Source: Welwitschia mirabilis (lineage: Eukaryota). From it: 49,654 nucleotides of DNA. The stretch is taken from contig JBOZIK010000001.1 in NCBI GenBank assembly GCA_051453625.1, positions 23,473,135-23,522,788 on the forward strand, read 5' to 3'. The notes beneath the pieces were generated by a model. The model was not told the origin of the DNA. It was given only the letters and a program-made list of their open reading frames with translations, and did no database searches. The position numbers were made by a program, and so were the translations under genes. Shown one piece after another: positions 1-13,459 of this stretch; the stretch's first letter is position 1, and each line of letters begins with the position of its first letter.

Positions 1-1839
1 TTATAGGACATTTACATAGGTTTAGATGCAATTCTAAGGATTATAGAAAATTAATAGAAGATCTCAGAAATATGTAATTCTTAGCATAATTAAAGGCATT
101 TAAGGAACATTCTAATACATATGGCTTTGAAGGAAAATCATTAATGCAAAAGGAAGGTTTCTTTCTAGTGAAAAAGACAAAAAGGACTATCATCCCCTCT
201 GTCATCCCCATGACAGCTAGAACGATAGCACTGTAGATGCCACATGAGAATGCTGACATGTACTGGAGCTCAAACTACTGAGTCATTCTTTCTAAAGTGT
301 TGTTATCCACTCATGTCATCTGGATGATAGCCAAGATGACAGTTGTAACTACTAGTCAACTTTTCTTCATTTCATCCACTTATTTCTTGTAATTGAGTGC
401 ATTTTGTAGTGTCTTTTGTATGTTGATTTTATTTCTCAATCCTATAAATAAGACCTCCCTTCGACTCTCCTCTCCATTTTTAATGCACTGAAAATTCTCG
501 CAATAGGAGATCAAAGGGTGAGAGANNNNNNNNNNNNNNNNNNNNNNNNNNNNNNNNNNNNNNNNNNNNNNNNNNNNNNNNNNNNNNNNNNNNNNNNNNN
601 NNNNNNNNNNNNNNNNNNNNNNNNNAACGATAGCCCTGTAGATGCCACATAAGAATGTTGACATGTACTGGAGCTCAAACTACTAAGTCATTCTTTCTAA
701 AGTGTTGTTATCCACTCATGTCATCTAGATGATAGCTAAGATGATAGTTGTAATTACTAGTCAATGTTTGTTCATTTCATCCACTTATTTCTTGTAATTA
801 AGTGCATTTTGTAGTGTCTTTTGTATGTTGGTTTTATTTCTCAATCCTATAAATAAGACCTCCCTTCGACTCTCCTCTCCATTTTCAATGCACTGAAAAT
901 TATCGTGATAGAAGATCACAGGGTGGGAGATCCATTTCAAAGTTGTAGAAAGAGTTTTCCTTGGNNNNNNNNNNNNNNNNNNNNNNNNNNNNNNNNNNNN
1001 NNNNNNNNNNNNNNNNNNNNNNNNNNNNNNNAACTCAGTTTTCATTTATGCATTTAGTTCTATTAGATGTCCCTTCTGGTTCATGTTTCTCTTGATCTGG
1101 TAATAGGTTCATCAGTGATATAGGGATTAAGGGTAACCTTTGTTAAGGCTAAAAGAAAGTATTTTAGATTCATTTTGCATTACATTTATATTTAATTGCA
1201 TTCGCATTTGCATTGCATCTTTATCTTCTGCATTATTCTTAAAATTCACTTATGATATTTTTTTTCGAAATTAATCCTCATTATTCTCTCATAAGTCTTT
1301 GATGGATTACAAAAGTTGGGTTAACTCTCATCTATATTAGTGTATTTTATTATGAAGATATCTATTTTTAGTTGTAGATAACAGGATCTTTGTAAGCATA
1401 ATCATTTGTNNNNNNNNNNNNNNNNNNNNNNNNNNNNNNNNNNNNNNNNNNNNNNNNNNNNNNNNNNNNNNNNNNNNNNNNNNNNNNNNNNNNNNNNNNN
1501 NNNNNNNNNNNNNNNNNNNNNNNNNNNNNNNNNNNNNNNNNNNNNNNNNNNNNNNNNNNNNNNNNNNNNNNNNNNNNNNNNNNNNNNNNNNNNNNNNNNN
1601 NNNNNNNNNNNNNNNNNNNNNNNNNNNNNNNNNNNNNNNNNNNNNNNNNNNNNNNNNNNNNNNNNNNNNNNNNNNNNNNNNNNNNNNNNNNNNNNNNNNN
1701 NNNNNNNNNNNNNNNNNNNNNNNNNNNNNNNNNNNNNNNNNNNNNNNNNNNNNNNNNNNNNNNNNNNNNNNNNNNNNNNNNNNNNNNNNNNNNNNNNNNN
1801 NNNNNNNNNNNNNNNNTTACATAAATGTGCATTACAATA
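1..1839 (+). mobile_element. Athila-like Ty3/gypsy LTR (3' LTR or solo LTR), about 45 bp of its 5' end outside the window
   Basis: Aligns by eye with the reverse complement of LTR 4894-6867 at the start (ttataggacatttacatagg vs ttatagcacattagacaag), middle (1070-1150 vs 5500-5590) and end (ttacataaatgtgcattacaata vs ttgcataaattcacatcgcaaca). No PBS follows; minus-strand gag sequence begins at 1840. Confidence 0.75.
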
Positions 1840-4460
1840 GTTTGTTTTTGTTTCTTTTTAATTAAATCTTTCCATAACTTAGAATATTTAGGATTTTCTT
1901 GTAAAAGTTACCGAAATGATAAATTTATGCTTACATTTTGCATTAAGGCTTTGAGATATTCATCAAATGTAGGATTGATATTCAATCTATCAAGCCAAGG
2001 GGTAGCATGTTTCTTACCTTTATCTTGAGAAGAATTTTTCTTATTGTCATTTAAAGGAGAAGAGAAAGTATGATTTTCTAGGATTTCTATATCCTTTTCT
2101 TCTTTATTGTTTTATCATTTTGGGATGTTGAAGCCTCTTGGGTAAAAGGTATTATATCATTTCTACTTCTTGTCATAACCTTATAATATTTTTTTACTTC
2201 ATTAGGATTTGGTATAGGTTGTGTTACAAGTGAATCTTGTGATCTTTGATTAGCAAGCATAGTTTGTTAAAAAACATTAATAAGATTTTTAATGTTTGAA
2301 TTTGTCTTCATCTAAGATTTTCTTAACTCATTAATGGAATTTCTAAGTATATAATTTTGGTTTTGTGAATTGATGTTCTTGCTTGATAATTTGAGTTGCT
2401 TGATTGGAAGTTTGAGTCATTTATTTAAAAGTTAGCATTCTAAAATATATTTCTAAATGGTTAAAAGTTGGGATGATGTTTTAAATTTATTCTCAAAAGA
2501 TTAAAAGTTTTGTTGTCCATTCATCCTAGGTTGAAATTAGTTTTTATTTTGATTTANNNNNNNNNNNNNNNNNNNNNNNNNNNNNNNNNNNNNNNNNNNN
2601 NNNNNNNNNNNNNNNNNNNNNNNNNNNNNNNNNNNNNNNNNNNNNNNNNNNNNNNNGCATGTTTCTTACCTTTATCTTAAGAAGAATTTTTCTTATTTTC
2701 ATTTAAAGGAGAAGGGAAAGTATGATTTTCTAGGATTTCTATATCCTTTTCTTCTTCATTATTTTATCATTTTGGGATGTTGAAGCCTCTTGGGTAAAAG
2801 GTATTATATCATTTCTACTTCTTGTCATAACCTTACAATATTTTTTTACTTCATTAGGATTTGGTATAGGTTGTGTTACAAGTGATCCTTGTGGTCTTTG
2901 ATTAGCAAGCATAGTTTGTTAAAAAACATTAATAAGATTTTTAATGTTTGAATTTATCTTCATCTAATATTTTCTTAACTCATCAATGGAATTTCTAAGT
3001 ATATAATTTTGGTTTTGTGAATTGATGTTCTTGCTTAATAATTTGAGTTTCTTAATTAGAAGTTTGAGTCATTTATTTAAAACTTAGCATTCTGAAATAT
3101 ATTTCTAAATGGTTAAAAATTGGGATGATGTTCTAAATTTATTCTCAGAAGATTAAAAGTTTGGTTTTCCATTCATCCTAGGTTGAAATTAGTTTTTATT
3201 TTGATTTATAAATTTTAAAGACCTTTAATTAAATGCACACACCTTTTCATAAATTTTTACTTTGTAGGTTGGTAGTAAAGGGCAAATTTTTATTACATGA
3301 TAGTTATCCTTATACAAATCACAAGTTGAAACCACAACTACACTTTTTTAATTGCCACCTTAGCATATAAGATAATTTGTGTGTATTTTTCTAGTGTTGT
3401 AGTGAAATCCTTACTAACATTTATTGGTTCTTTCTCTATTTTCACTGCTACTTTCCCTTGTTTAACTTCTTTAAGGTCTTTGATAATTTAGCTTACTATA
3501 TAATTTTCTTTAGGTGATAGTTTAGGCCATGACTAACTTACTTATACTAGTTCTTTGAACATTTTCATGCATTTTCTAATGTGAGAGTCATCAAGTTTCC
3601 TCCACATAAAAAATCTACAAGTTGTTTGGTTTAGTTATTAAGTCCACTGTAAAAATAATCTACTACTTCTTCTTAAGTAAAGAGTATATAGGATTGGAAT
3701 GTATGGCAATGAAAAATCTCTCATAAGTAAAGGCATAATATTTAGTAGGTTGTTGTTAGAAGTTAATTACTTCTTTCTTTCATTTTCTTATGGTATTTTC
3801 ACTCATAAATCTTTTTATAAATGCATCTTGAACTTGGTTCCATGTTTTTAAACCTTGATGTAAAATAGTTTTTAGCCATAGTTTTACTTTTCCTTTAAAG
3901 TGATGGGAAAAATAACCATATAAGTATGATCACTAATTTGTTTTTTTACCATTTCCAAAAGTAAGTCCTAATTGTTCGATGTTGGCTATATGTTGTAGGG
4001 GATCTTCATCATTCTCTCAATTAAAAATAGGATAAGTATTTAAATTTCTTAACTTGACATTATAACCAAGAGGTAGACTAAAAGGGGTTTGAATCTCACA
4101 CTTCTTATTTGCTATAAGTTCTTTAAGGGTGATACTAGCAATATGATTTATTGAGGTAGTAGTAGAGGTTTTGATAATAATAGGAGGATTAGGCAAAGTA
4201 AATTGTTTCTATTTTTGTAAAGAATTTAACATTGTAATAAAATGACTTTCTTTTAAACTATCTTTTAAAAACATTTCTTACAAAAAATTAGATTCTAAAA
4301 TAATAAATACAGAAAAATCTTCTTACTGTATTTTTGAAATATTTTGCATACCTGTGGTGTGTATAATTGGGTTAACTTCATAGTTGATCAAGACTTCTTG
4401 GATATTTTCTTCAAGGAACAACTGCTCTCTTTAATATTTTGCCTTTTTAGTAGAATTCAT
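1840..4460 (-). pseudogene. gag: Degenerate Athila-like gag and pre-protease region (element A)
   Basis: Minus-strand translation gives YPIFN*ENDEDPLQHIANIEQL (~3970-4040) and KGKVKLWLKTILHQGLKTWNQVQDAFIKRF (~3810-3897), matching the Retrotrans_gag pattern. VSINLSFR*LLQENPKYSKLWKDLIKKK (~1850-1935) matches the INIPxxEALxQMPxYAKFLKD motif before the protease. Many stops and frameshifts. Confidence 0.85.
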
Positions 4461-4872
4461 CATGTCCCAACATGCTCAGTTCTATTCTAAATGCATCATC
4501 TTTATGGTCATCTGGACAATATCCTGGATGACGAAAACACAAAAAAAAAAAGGAAAAAAATAGGATCATAAAATAACACAAAAGGAAAACAGACTATTGT
4601 TCACCAGGTTGTCTAGACAACAGAGGGAATGATAGAAAAACCCTAGTTCTTAAGAAAATAAAAAAACCTAAGTCACATAGTCTATTGTTATGGTGTATCA
4701 TCTGGATGATGAAGTAGATAATAGGGTGTTTATTTCATAATAGAAAATGAAAACTAACAAAAGAAAAACCTATGTTTTTATTGTAAAAATACAATGCTGT
4801 TACAAGTAAATATCCAAATTGAAATCCAAAGCACTAATCTAAGTAATAACAATCCTCAAACTCTAAGTAGCC

Positions 4873-4890
4873 TCTGCTATAATAATGCCA
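4873..4890 (-). promoter_or_regulatory. Decayed primer-binding site (tRNA-Asp type, Athila-like) of element A
   Basis: Minus strand reads TGGCATTATTATAGCAGA, 3 nt after the LTR end CAACA. Against the Athila PBS TGGCGCCGTTGCCGGGGA there are 9 differences, 7 of them C>T or G>A. Confidence 0.65.
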
Positions 4891-4893
4891 AGA

Positions 4894-6867
4894 TGTTGCG
4901 ATGTGAATTTATGCAAACTTTATGTCCTCAAATAAATCTTATAAATCATAAATATATATATTTTGCATAAAACAACATACTAATATAAATGGAAGTGACC
5001 GAGATGTTGTATTTTCATTGAAGACATAGGTAAGAAGAAAGAGAATTAATTTAAAATATGAAACATTATGTATTTTTAAAGTAGAAAAAATAATAATGTA
5101 GAAATAACAATGTAAATGAATACATTATGGAAATNNNNNNNNNNNNNNNNNNNNNNNNNNNNNNNNNNNNNNNNNNNNNNNNNNNNNNNNNNNNNNNNNN
5201 NNNNNNNNNNNNNNNNNNNNNNNNNNNNNNNNNNGTTATGTATTTTTAAAGTAGAAAAAAATAATAATGTAGAAATAACAATGCAAATGAACACACTATG
5301 GAAATGAAATGCAAAACCAAACTAAATTCAACTTTTATCTAATTAACAAATTAACTTATCATGGAGATTAACCCTGTATAATCTAGATTAATTAAGAAAA
5401 GCTATCACTAGATCAAAATCAACCTAGGCTATTAGTATGTTAAAAAAATATGAAAATGATGCAAAGTTAATCTAAAAAAGGAAATGTAATGTACCTAAAC
5501 TAATAATGTCAACCTTAAGAAAGGTTTCCCTCATGATTTATATCATCAAACAAGCTATCACAGAACTAGAAGTAACATAAACCATAAGAGTCATGCACAA
5601 AATAAAAGATATGAAAAGAAAAAAAAGATTTTTGATTAAAAGTGAACCAACATCCATGTTATAAAGCAGTAGTATCTCTATGAAGGATACATAGCCTAAC
5701 ACTAAGGAAGATGTCTCTCTGCAACAAAAATGGATAGACTTTTAGCCCTTTAATATCCTATCAAAAGAATTTCTAGTGCAAATGAAGATAAAAGTAGAGT
5801 TAAAAGTAGAGANNNNNNNNNNNNNNNNNNNNNNNNNNNNNNNNNNNNNNNNNNNNNNNNNNNNNNNNNNNNNNNNNNNNNNNNNNNNNNNNNNNNNNNN
5901 NNNNNNNNNNNNTCCTGTATAATATAGATTAATTAAGAAAAGCTATCACTAGATCAAAATCAACCTAAGCTATTAGTATGTTAAAAAAATATGAAAATGA
6001 TGCAAGTTAATCTAAAAAAGGAAATGTAATGCACCTAAACTAACAATGTCAACCTTAACAAAGGTTTTCCTCATGATTTATATCATCAAACAAGCTATCA
6101 CAGAATTAGAAGTAATATAAACCATAAGAGTCATGCACAAAATAAAAGATATGAAAAGAAAAAAAGAGTTTTGATTAAAAGTGAACCAACATCCATGTTA
6201 TAAAGTAGTAGTATCTCTATAAAGGATACATAGCCTAACACTAAGGAAGATGTCTCTCTACAACAAAAATGGATGGACTTTTAGCCCTTTAATCTCCTAT
6301 CATAAGAATTTCTAGTGTAAATAAAGATAAAAGCATAGTTAAAAGTAGAGAACGTATTTATTACAAAATAGGCTCTAAAATCAAAAGAGACTTATAGATG
6401 TGTAAATAACCCTAATAATTATGCAAGAAAGAATCAGACAAATGGCCATATTTTGGTGAAGTTTAATGAAGCATTTATCTTAGGTATCATTCTGTTAGTC
6501 AGCCAAACATCACAAGAGATGATGCCATTTCATAAGAGTTCCACATCAGCTACCAGATTAATCTAGTTAGCATTCTCCTTAGCTTAAGTATTTTTATCAT
6601 CCATATAGTCATCTAGATGATGAGGTGGATGATAGACTTTTCTAAAGTATTTCATGTATCGCATTAGCCTTTTTTATGGTAGAACTACTGTTTGAAATAG
6701 GAAGTATTATAAATTGCTTTAAATACTGTCAAATGTAATGAAAATTGCATGTTTCCATGACATTTGCCTTGGTTCTCCATTATCATCAAAAACTTAGCAT
6801 AAACTTGTCTAATGTGCTATAAAACTACTCAAAATACTCTATCAAATACATACAATTTGATGATACA
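4894..6867 (-). mobile_element. 5' LTR of Athila-like element A
   Basis: Minus-strand termini TGTATCA...GCAACA, followed by the PBS and gag. Homologous to LTRs 1-1839 and 11983-13455. Length is inflated by two gap-flanking duplications. Confidence 0.75.
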
Positions 6868-9360
6868 ATTCAATTTTTAAGGATCCTTTTAAGTAACCCT
6901 TAGAAATATTAGAAAAAGTCCTTAACCAATGCATAGAAACTAGCCTTTATCTAAGTTGAAAAAAGACCTACTTCTNNNNNNNNNNGGGATAGTCTTAGAT
7001 CATCATATTTCTAAAAAAGGTATTCAAATAGATCCTACTAAAATAGATATTATTAGAAACCTCCATCCTCCAATCAATGTAAAACAAATTAGATCTTTCT
7101 TTGATCATGTTGATTTTTATCAAAGATTTATTAAGAACTATATTAAAATTTGTAAACCTCTTCATTCTCTCTTAGAAAAAGATACTAAATTTAATTGAAA
7201 TAAGTCTTATCAACATGCCCTTAAAAATATTAAAGACAAAATCACTTCAATACCTATTGTAGGATGACCTAATTGNNNNNNNNNNNNNNNNNNNNNNNNN
7301 NNNNNNNNNNNNNNNNNNNNNNNNGGAGTGTTAAGATAAAAACATGAAAAAGGTTATATTGTTATTTTCTATATTAGTAAAACCCTTTTAGGAGATTTAA
7401 CTTAATTATACCATTACTAAAAATGAAATGCTTACCATCATCTTTTATCTTAATAAACTTTGGTGCTATCTACTTAGTTTTCATACTAGTGTTTATACTG
7501 ATCATGCTGCCATTTGATATCTTATGATCAAGAAATATTCTAATGCAAGACTTATTAGATGGCTGTTATTAATGCAAGAATTTAACCTAACCATCATTGA
7601 TAAAAAAGAAAAACATAATTCTATTGCTAATGATTATCTAGAATCCATCATGTATAACATCCCTTACATTTTTTTTCTATTCCTTCCTATTTAAGATAAT
7701 TTTTTAAATGAGTAACTTTTTTTCATGAGACATTTTTATTTTCAAAATATCCTACTCTATGGTATGCTGATATTGTCATTTCTCTTATTACCTTAAATAC
7801 TCCCCAACATTGGACTCACAATTAGANNNNNNNNNNNNNNNNNNNNNNNNNNNNNNNNNNNNNNNNNNNNNNNNNNNNNNNNNNNNNNNNNNNNNNNNNN
7901 NNNNNNNNNNNNNNNNNNNNNNNNNNNNNNNNNNNNNNNNNNNNNNNNNNNNNNNNNNNNNNNNNNNNNNNNNNNNNNNNNNNNNNNNNNNNNNNNNNNN
8001 NNNNNNNNNNNNNNNNNNNNNNNNNNNNNNNNNNNNNNNNNNNNNNNNNNNNNNNNNNNNNNNNNNNNNNNNNNNNNNNNNNNNNNNNNNNNNNNNNNNN
8101 NNNNNNNNNNNNNNNNNNNNNNNNNNNNNNNNNNNNNNNNNNNNNNNNNNNNNNNNNNNNNNNNNNNNNNNNNNNNNNNNNNNNNNNNNNNNNNNNNNNN
8201 NNNNNNNNNNNNNNNNNNNNNNNNNNNNNNNNNNNNNNNNNNNNNNNNNNNNNNNNNNNNNNNNNNNNNNNNNNNNNNNNNNNNNNNNNNNNNNNNNNNN
8301 NNNNNNNNNNNNNNNNNNNNNNNNNNNNNNNNNNNNNNNNCAAACATGATATTCTTACTCTTTATCATGATAATATCTATGAAGGTCATTTTAGTGGCTA
8401 AAAGAATTTCATGAAAATCCTTCACATAGGTTTCTATTATCCTACTCTTTTTAAAGATTCATTTAACTTTACAAGAAAATTTGATGTGTATCAACATTTT
8501 GATAGCCTTTCTAAATCTTAAGACATATCCCTACAACTGATCTTAGAATGTAAATCTTTTGATTGTTAGGGTGTAAATTTTATAGGTCCTTTAACACCAT
8601 NNNNNNNNNNNNNNNNNNNNNNNNNNNNNNNNNNNNNNNNNNNNNNNNNNNNNNNNNNNNNNNNNNNNNNNNNNNNNNNNNNNNNNNNNNNNNNNNNNNN
8701 NNNNNNNNNNNNNNNNNNNNNNNNNNNNNNNNNNNNNNNNNNNNNNNNNNNNNNNNNNNNNNNNNNNNNNNNNNNNNNNNNNNNNNNNNNNNNNNNNNNN
8801 NNNNNNNNNNNNNNNNNNNNNNNNNNNNNNNNNNNNNNNNNNNNNNNNNNNNNNNNNNNNNNNNNNNNNNNNNNNNNNNNNNNNNNNNNNNNNATGCTTC
8901 AAAAACTAATCTCCCAAAATAAGAAATCTTGGTCTATCAAAATTCATGATTCACTTTAGGCTTATCATACTACATAGTGTAATTCACTTATTTTTTCCTA
9001 TCATGAACTTGTGTATGGTAAATCTTGTGTTCTTTCTATTACTATATGCTATAATTCTTATAAAACCATTCATCAACTTAATGTTATCAATTTTGATGAT
9101 AATATTTAGCATAGACTAGTCTAACATCAACATCTTAATGAGAAATGAAATCATGCTATTCATAAATAACTCATCAAAAAAACTCAAGTAAATTTTTACC
9201 ATGACAAAAAGCTTATCTTTAAATCTTTTTAACCTAGTCAATTATTTCTATTGTTTAATACTTAGTGCATCTTCTTCATATTAATAGCTTTATTGAGATT
9301 TCTGATTTAAACACTCATAAAAGATTTAAAGTAAATGGACAATAGTTGAAGTTATATTAA
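6868..9360 (+). pseudogene. pol: Degenerate Ty3/gypsy (Athila-like) pol: RT C-terminus, RNase H, integrase (element B)
   Basis: GIVLDHHISKKGIQIDPTKIDII...KQIRSF (ORF 6956-7198). RNase H VYTDHAAI*YLM...ARLIRWLLLMQEF (7491-7582). Integrase zinc-finger region EGHFSG...GFYYPTLFKD (~8380-8460), core start GVNFIGPL (~8570-8595) and RFKVNGQ*LKLY* (9322-9360). RT-RH-INT order is gypsy; no chromodomain seen. Confidence 0.92.
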
Positions 9361-11968
9361 TCACCTAATGATTGTCATTATGCCATGGATATTATTAAAA
9401 TAATTGACTTAGATGATACTCTTAGCCAAGAAGAACATCTTCCCGTTACCATTGTCTAAATCGTTTCTTAGGTAGATTCTTTGGTTGAGTTATTTTACTA
9501 TTTAATCATTTACTAACTTGGTTTAGTATTAGATTTTATATAAGTTTTCATGAAATAATTCTTTACTTTGGGAGTTTAGAATGATAAAGGTTGGATTTTA
9601 GTCAATATAAGACATTCTAATATCTATGAACTTCAATGTCTAATGATAACTTCTAATTAAAATACTAATTATGTTAAATCAAATGCTAATTCACAACTTT
9701 GTACTTAGTTAATTTATTATTTTAATGATCAATCAATGTTTCAAAAAGGGAACCATAGACAATGGGAAAANNNNNNNNNNNNNNNNNNNNNNNNNNNNNN
9801 NNNNNNNNNNNNNNNNNNNNNNNNNNNNNNNNNNNNNNNNNNNNNNNNNNNNNNNNNNNNNNNNNNNNNNNNNNNNNNNNNNNNNNNNNNNNNNNNNNNN
9901 NNNNNNNNNNNNNNNNNNNNNNNNNNNNNNNNNNNNNNNNNNNNNNNNNNNNNNNNNNNNNNNNNNNNNNNNNNNNNNNNNNNNNNNNNNNNNNNNNNNN
10001 NNNNNNNNNNNNNNNNNNNNNNNNNNNNNNNNNNNNNNNNNNNNNNNNNNNNNNNNNNNNNNNNNNNNNNNNNNNNNNNNNNNNNNNNNNNNNNNNNNNN
10101 NNNNNNNNNNNNNNNNNNNNNNNNNNNNNNNNNNNNNNNNNNNNNNNNNNNNNNNNNNNNNNNNNNNNNNNNNNNNNNNNNNNNNNNNNNNNNNNNNNNN
10201 NNNNNNNNNNNNNNNNNNNNNNNNNNNNNNNNNNNNNNNNNNNNNNNNNNNNNNNNNNNNNNNNNNNNNNNNNNNNNNNNNNNNNNNNNNNNNNNNNNNN
10301 NNNNNNNNNNNNNNNNNNNNNNNNNNNNNNNNNNNNNNNNNNNNNNNNNNNNNNNNNNNNNNNNNNNNNNNNNNNNNNNNNNNNNNNNNNNNNNNNNNNN
10401 NNNNNNNNNNNNNNNNNNNNNNNNNNNNNNNNNNNNNNNNNNNNNNNNNNNNNNNNNNNNNNNNNNNNNNNNNNNNNNNNNNNNNNNNNNNNNNNNNNNN
10501 NNNNNNNNNNNNNNNNNNNNNNNNNNNNNNNNNNNNNNNNNNNNNNNNNNNNNNNNNNNNNNNNNNNNNNNNNNNNNNNNNNNNNNNNNNNNNNNNNNNN
10601 NNNNNATAAGACATTCTAATATCTATGAACTTCAATGTCTAATGATAACTTCTAATTAACTACTAATTATGTTAAATCAAATGCTAATTCACAACTTTGT
10701 ACTTAGTTAATTTATTATTTTAACGATCAATCAATGTTTCAAAAATTAAATCATAGTTTATTCTTTTAAGAAAAAAATTTTTGAAAAGAAAATAAAAGAA
10801 AAAAAAGACAGACGAAAAAAATGAAATATCCAAATAAATTTCATAATGTTCTATCATAAGCATACCAGAGTAAATTTTCCTAACAATGACCTTTAGCAAT
10901 ATGATATGGTAATTGTGGGAACTTGACTAAAAAATTAGTTGGTAATGATCTAGTCTTAACTTATGATCCTCACTCTTTTGGTAGTGGTTGCAGTCCTTTC
11001 ATCATGATGAATGGTGTTTTTTAACACATGATTGACTTGATTGTCATAACTCTAAAATGATAACTTCAAGAGCATGATAGAAAATATTGATTATTGGATG
11101 ATATATTAGCCAAAGTTCATTGTTTATTTAGCAAATGAATGGATTGATTTTAGTCCTTATATTATATTAATACTTTGCAGAAGAATCATTTGATATTACT
11201 GATATCATTTTTTCTATCACATGAAGCTTATTATGATTTAGCACTAAATCATGCATCTTTAACTATAAAGTAGTCCTATAATGAATACCATTGAAGTCTA
11301 GTGAGGTTAATATTTAGGGTAAAGTATTTAAACTTCTTCATATACCTTTTTGTCCATTTGTAGTTTTCATCTTCCTAAGTGTTTTTACTTGTAAGTGTCA
11401 AAGCCATTACCACATTTTACTCTCATCTTAATAGGATGTATAGCTTTTTAGCTTCTCATTATCTCTAGTTCTTTGATCTTCTCCTAATCATACTCTTGCT
11501 TTCATCTTTAACCATCATTTTATCTCCTTCTTACTATTTACCTCTTCTAGTGTGCTTACATATATTTTTATTTTTATTTTTCTATTTTGTTTTCTAGCTT
11601 TATTTTTAGGTCTTTTTTACATTTCTTGATACTTTTTGTTAACTCCTTCTGATTCTCATAAGTGAATTTGCTTAAAATTCAAGACGAATTTACCTACTTT
11701 ATGGGTGTGAAATCTTTGAAATCTTCAAAAGATTAGCTTTCATTGAAAGGAAATTTTTTTATGAAAAATAGGCTTTTCATAGAGCTAAAATAATAAGCTT
11801 TGAATTTAATGCATATCTTTCTTATGATTTAAATTGAAATATTTTTTTAATATGCAATATATGTTTAACAATATAAGATCCTTTATGCTTAAGTGTTATG
11901 TTTAATCCTTTTTTAATTTGCCTTTCTTCTATTCTTTTCCACTTTCTTTATCAAGGATTAACAAATAA

Positions 11969-11980
11969 TTAGTGGGAGAC
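11969..11980 (+). promoter_or_regulatory. Decayed polypurine tract of element B
   Basis: tcaaggattaacaaataattagtgggagac lies just before the LTR start TG at 11983 and resembles the Athila pre-LTR motif ...gaggacaagca...ttaagtttggggg. Confidence 0.5.
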
Positions 11981-11982
11981 TA

Positions 11983-13455
11983 TGTTATAAGTCCAATTAG
12001 TGGTATTTAACATTATGTTTAGAGTATGTTTCAGGTACATTTAACAGATTTCTAAGTCTAATAGGAAGAATCTGAAGCTAAATTAAAATGATCATAATGA
12101 ACATCAAATTTGGAGATAATGAACCCTTTTTTTGACATATTTCGCACTCCCTAACTTATCTAAACCATCATGAATCTAGTGCTAAAATGATGGATAATGA
12201 TTAAGAGGCTAGAGGACGAAGAAAATACTATTTTTTATCTATTCATCCAAACGACACTCAGGAGAATAACTAACAAGATTAATAAACAAAGAAATTAGGT
12301 TTTTGCTGATAGTTGTCCATCTTGTCATCTGGATGACACTCCAAAGGAAAATAACCATTAGAGTAGTCAAATCACATTTTGAACATGAATCTAGAAGTTG
12401 ACAGAATGCACCATCAAATTCAGCCCTTTTTTAAGATCCTATGATGTGTCAATTAATGCAAAAGTTAGGATTAAGTTTAGGAGAATGTAAATGTTAATTA
12501 ATGATATAAGGAATCAAAGAAGACTAAAGATAAGCTTTCATCCACTTGGTCATCTAGATGATACTCAGAAGATGATAGATAGTATAAAGAAGTAAAAACA
12601 TCACTTTTACCCTAGCAGTTATCCACCTAGTCATCTGGATAATACCCTAGACAATACCAAAAATATGAAACTAAAACATCACTATGAGGCCATATGAAGG
12701 ACAAGAAATCATTAAAAAAAGAGATCAACCATCATCTACCATGTCATCTAGATGACACTAAAGTGGACAACAACTATAATAAATACAAAGCAAACTTCAT
12801 CAGTTATGAAATCATTAATATAATTGCCTCTTATCTATGACAACTCTTTGACAACCTTATCCATTATTCCAAATTCATAAATACCTCGTTAAGCCCCTTA
12901 TTTATCATCTTTGATTGCATCACACTTAATTATAACACTAGAGCATTTTAAGTAAGGGATNNNNNNNNNNNNNNNNNNNNNNNNNNNNNNNNNNNNNNNN
13001 TGTATCTTATTCATTAAGAAGTTCTTACTTTGTAAAAAGGGTATGAACATTTTAATTAATAAAGTTATTAATTAAATTATTCTTTTAAACTACTTTCTAA
13101 TAAGTGATAACTATTTGTAATTGATATAAATTATGAGGACCAACTTGGATGATAAAGAGTTGGTATACTTGGTTAGGATTTGCATTTAGGTTGCATCCAT
13201 TATTATATCCTACATCATTGCATTTCCATTAATTTATCATTTAAAGTTATAATAGGAAATCATTTCAGTTTCTCTCTTTTTTATTAGAGTAATCTTCTAA
13301 CTTCCTACCTAGAATTCCTCTTAAAAGTATGACATTTAGATTAATTTCCATATATTAATGTGTTTTGTATGCATTTATTAAGAATTATAGGTATTAAAGT
13401 TAAAGCATTCATTAAAATAAAATACAAAATTAATCACACAATTTGCACACCAAAA
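11983..13455 (+). mobile_element. 3' LTR of Athila-like element B
   Basis: Starts TGTTAT after the PPT, its 5' part resembles the other two LTRs, and it carries several GTCATCTRGATGAC palindrome units. The end (cacacaatttgcacaccaaaa) resembles the other LTR ends but the terminal CA is degraded. No PBS follows. Confidence 0.7.
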
Positions 13456-13459
13456 AATA

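Noticed and set aside
1368..1410. Peptide NDYAYKD resembling NNYAYKD in ORF 29712-29900
   Set aside because: A short chance match: one is non-coding LTR sequence and the other is LINE endonuclease region.
6858..6867. GATGAT read as the catalytic DD of element B RT
   Set aside because: It is out of frame with the following SIFKDPF and fits better as the TGTATCA terminus of LTR A. The boundary remains slightly ambiguous.
9400..11960. Athila env-like ORF in the long 3' region of element B
   Set aside because: No recognisable motif in the visible sequence, and part of the region is a gap.
12230..12760. Spaced palindromic repeats as a possible CRISPR array
   Set aside because: They lie inside a plant LTR, are degenerate and irregularly spaced, and there are no cas genes.
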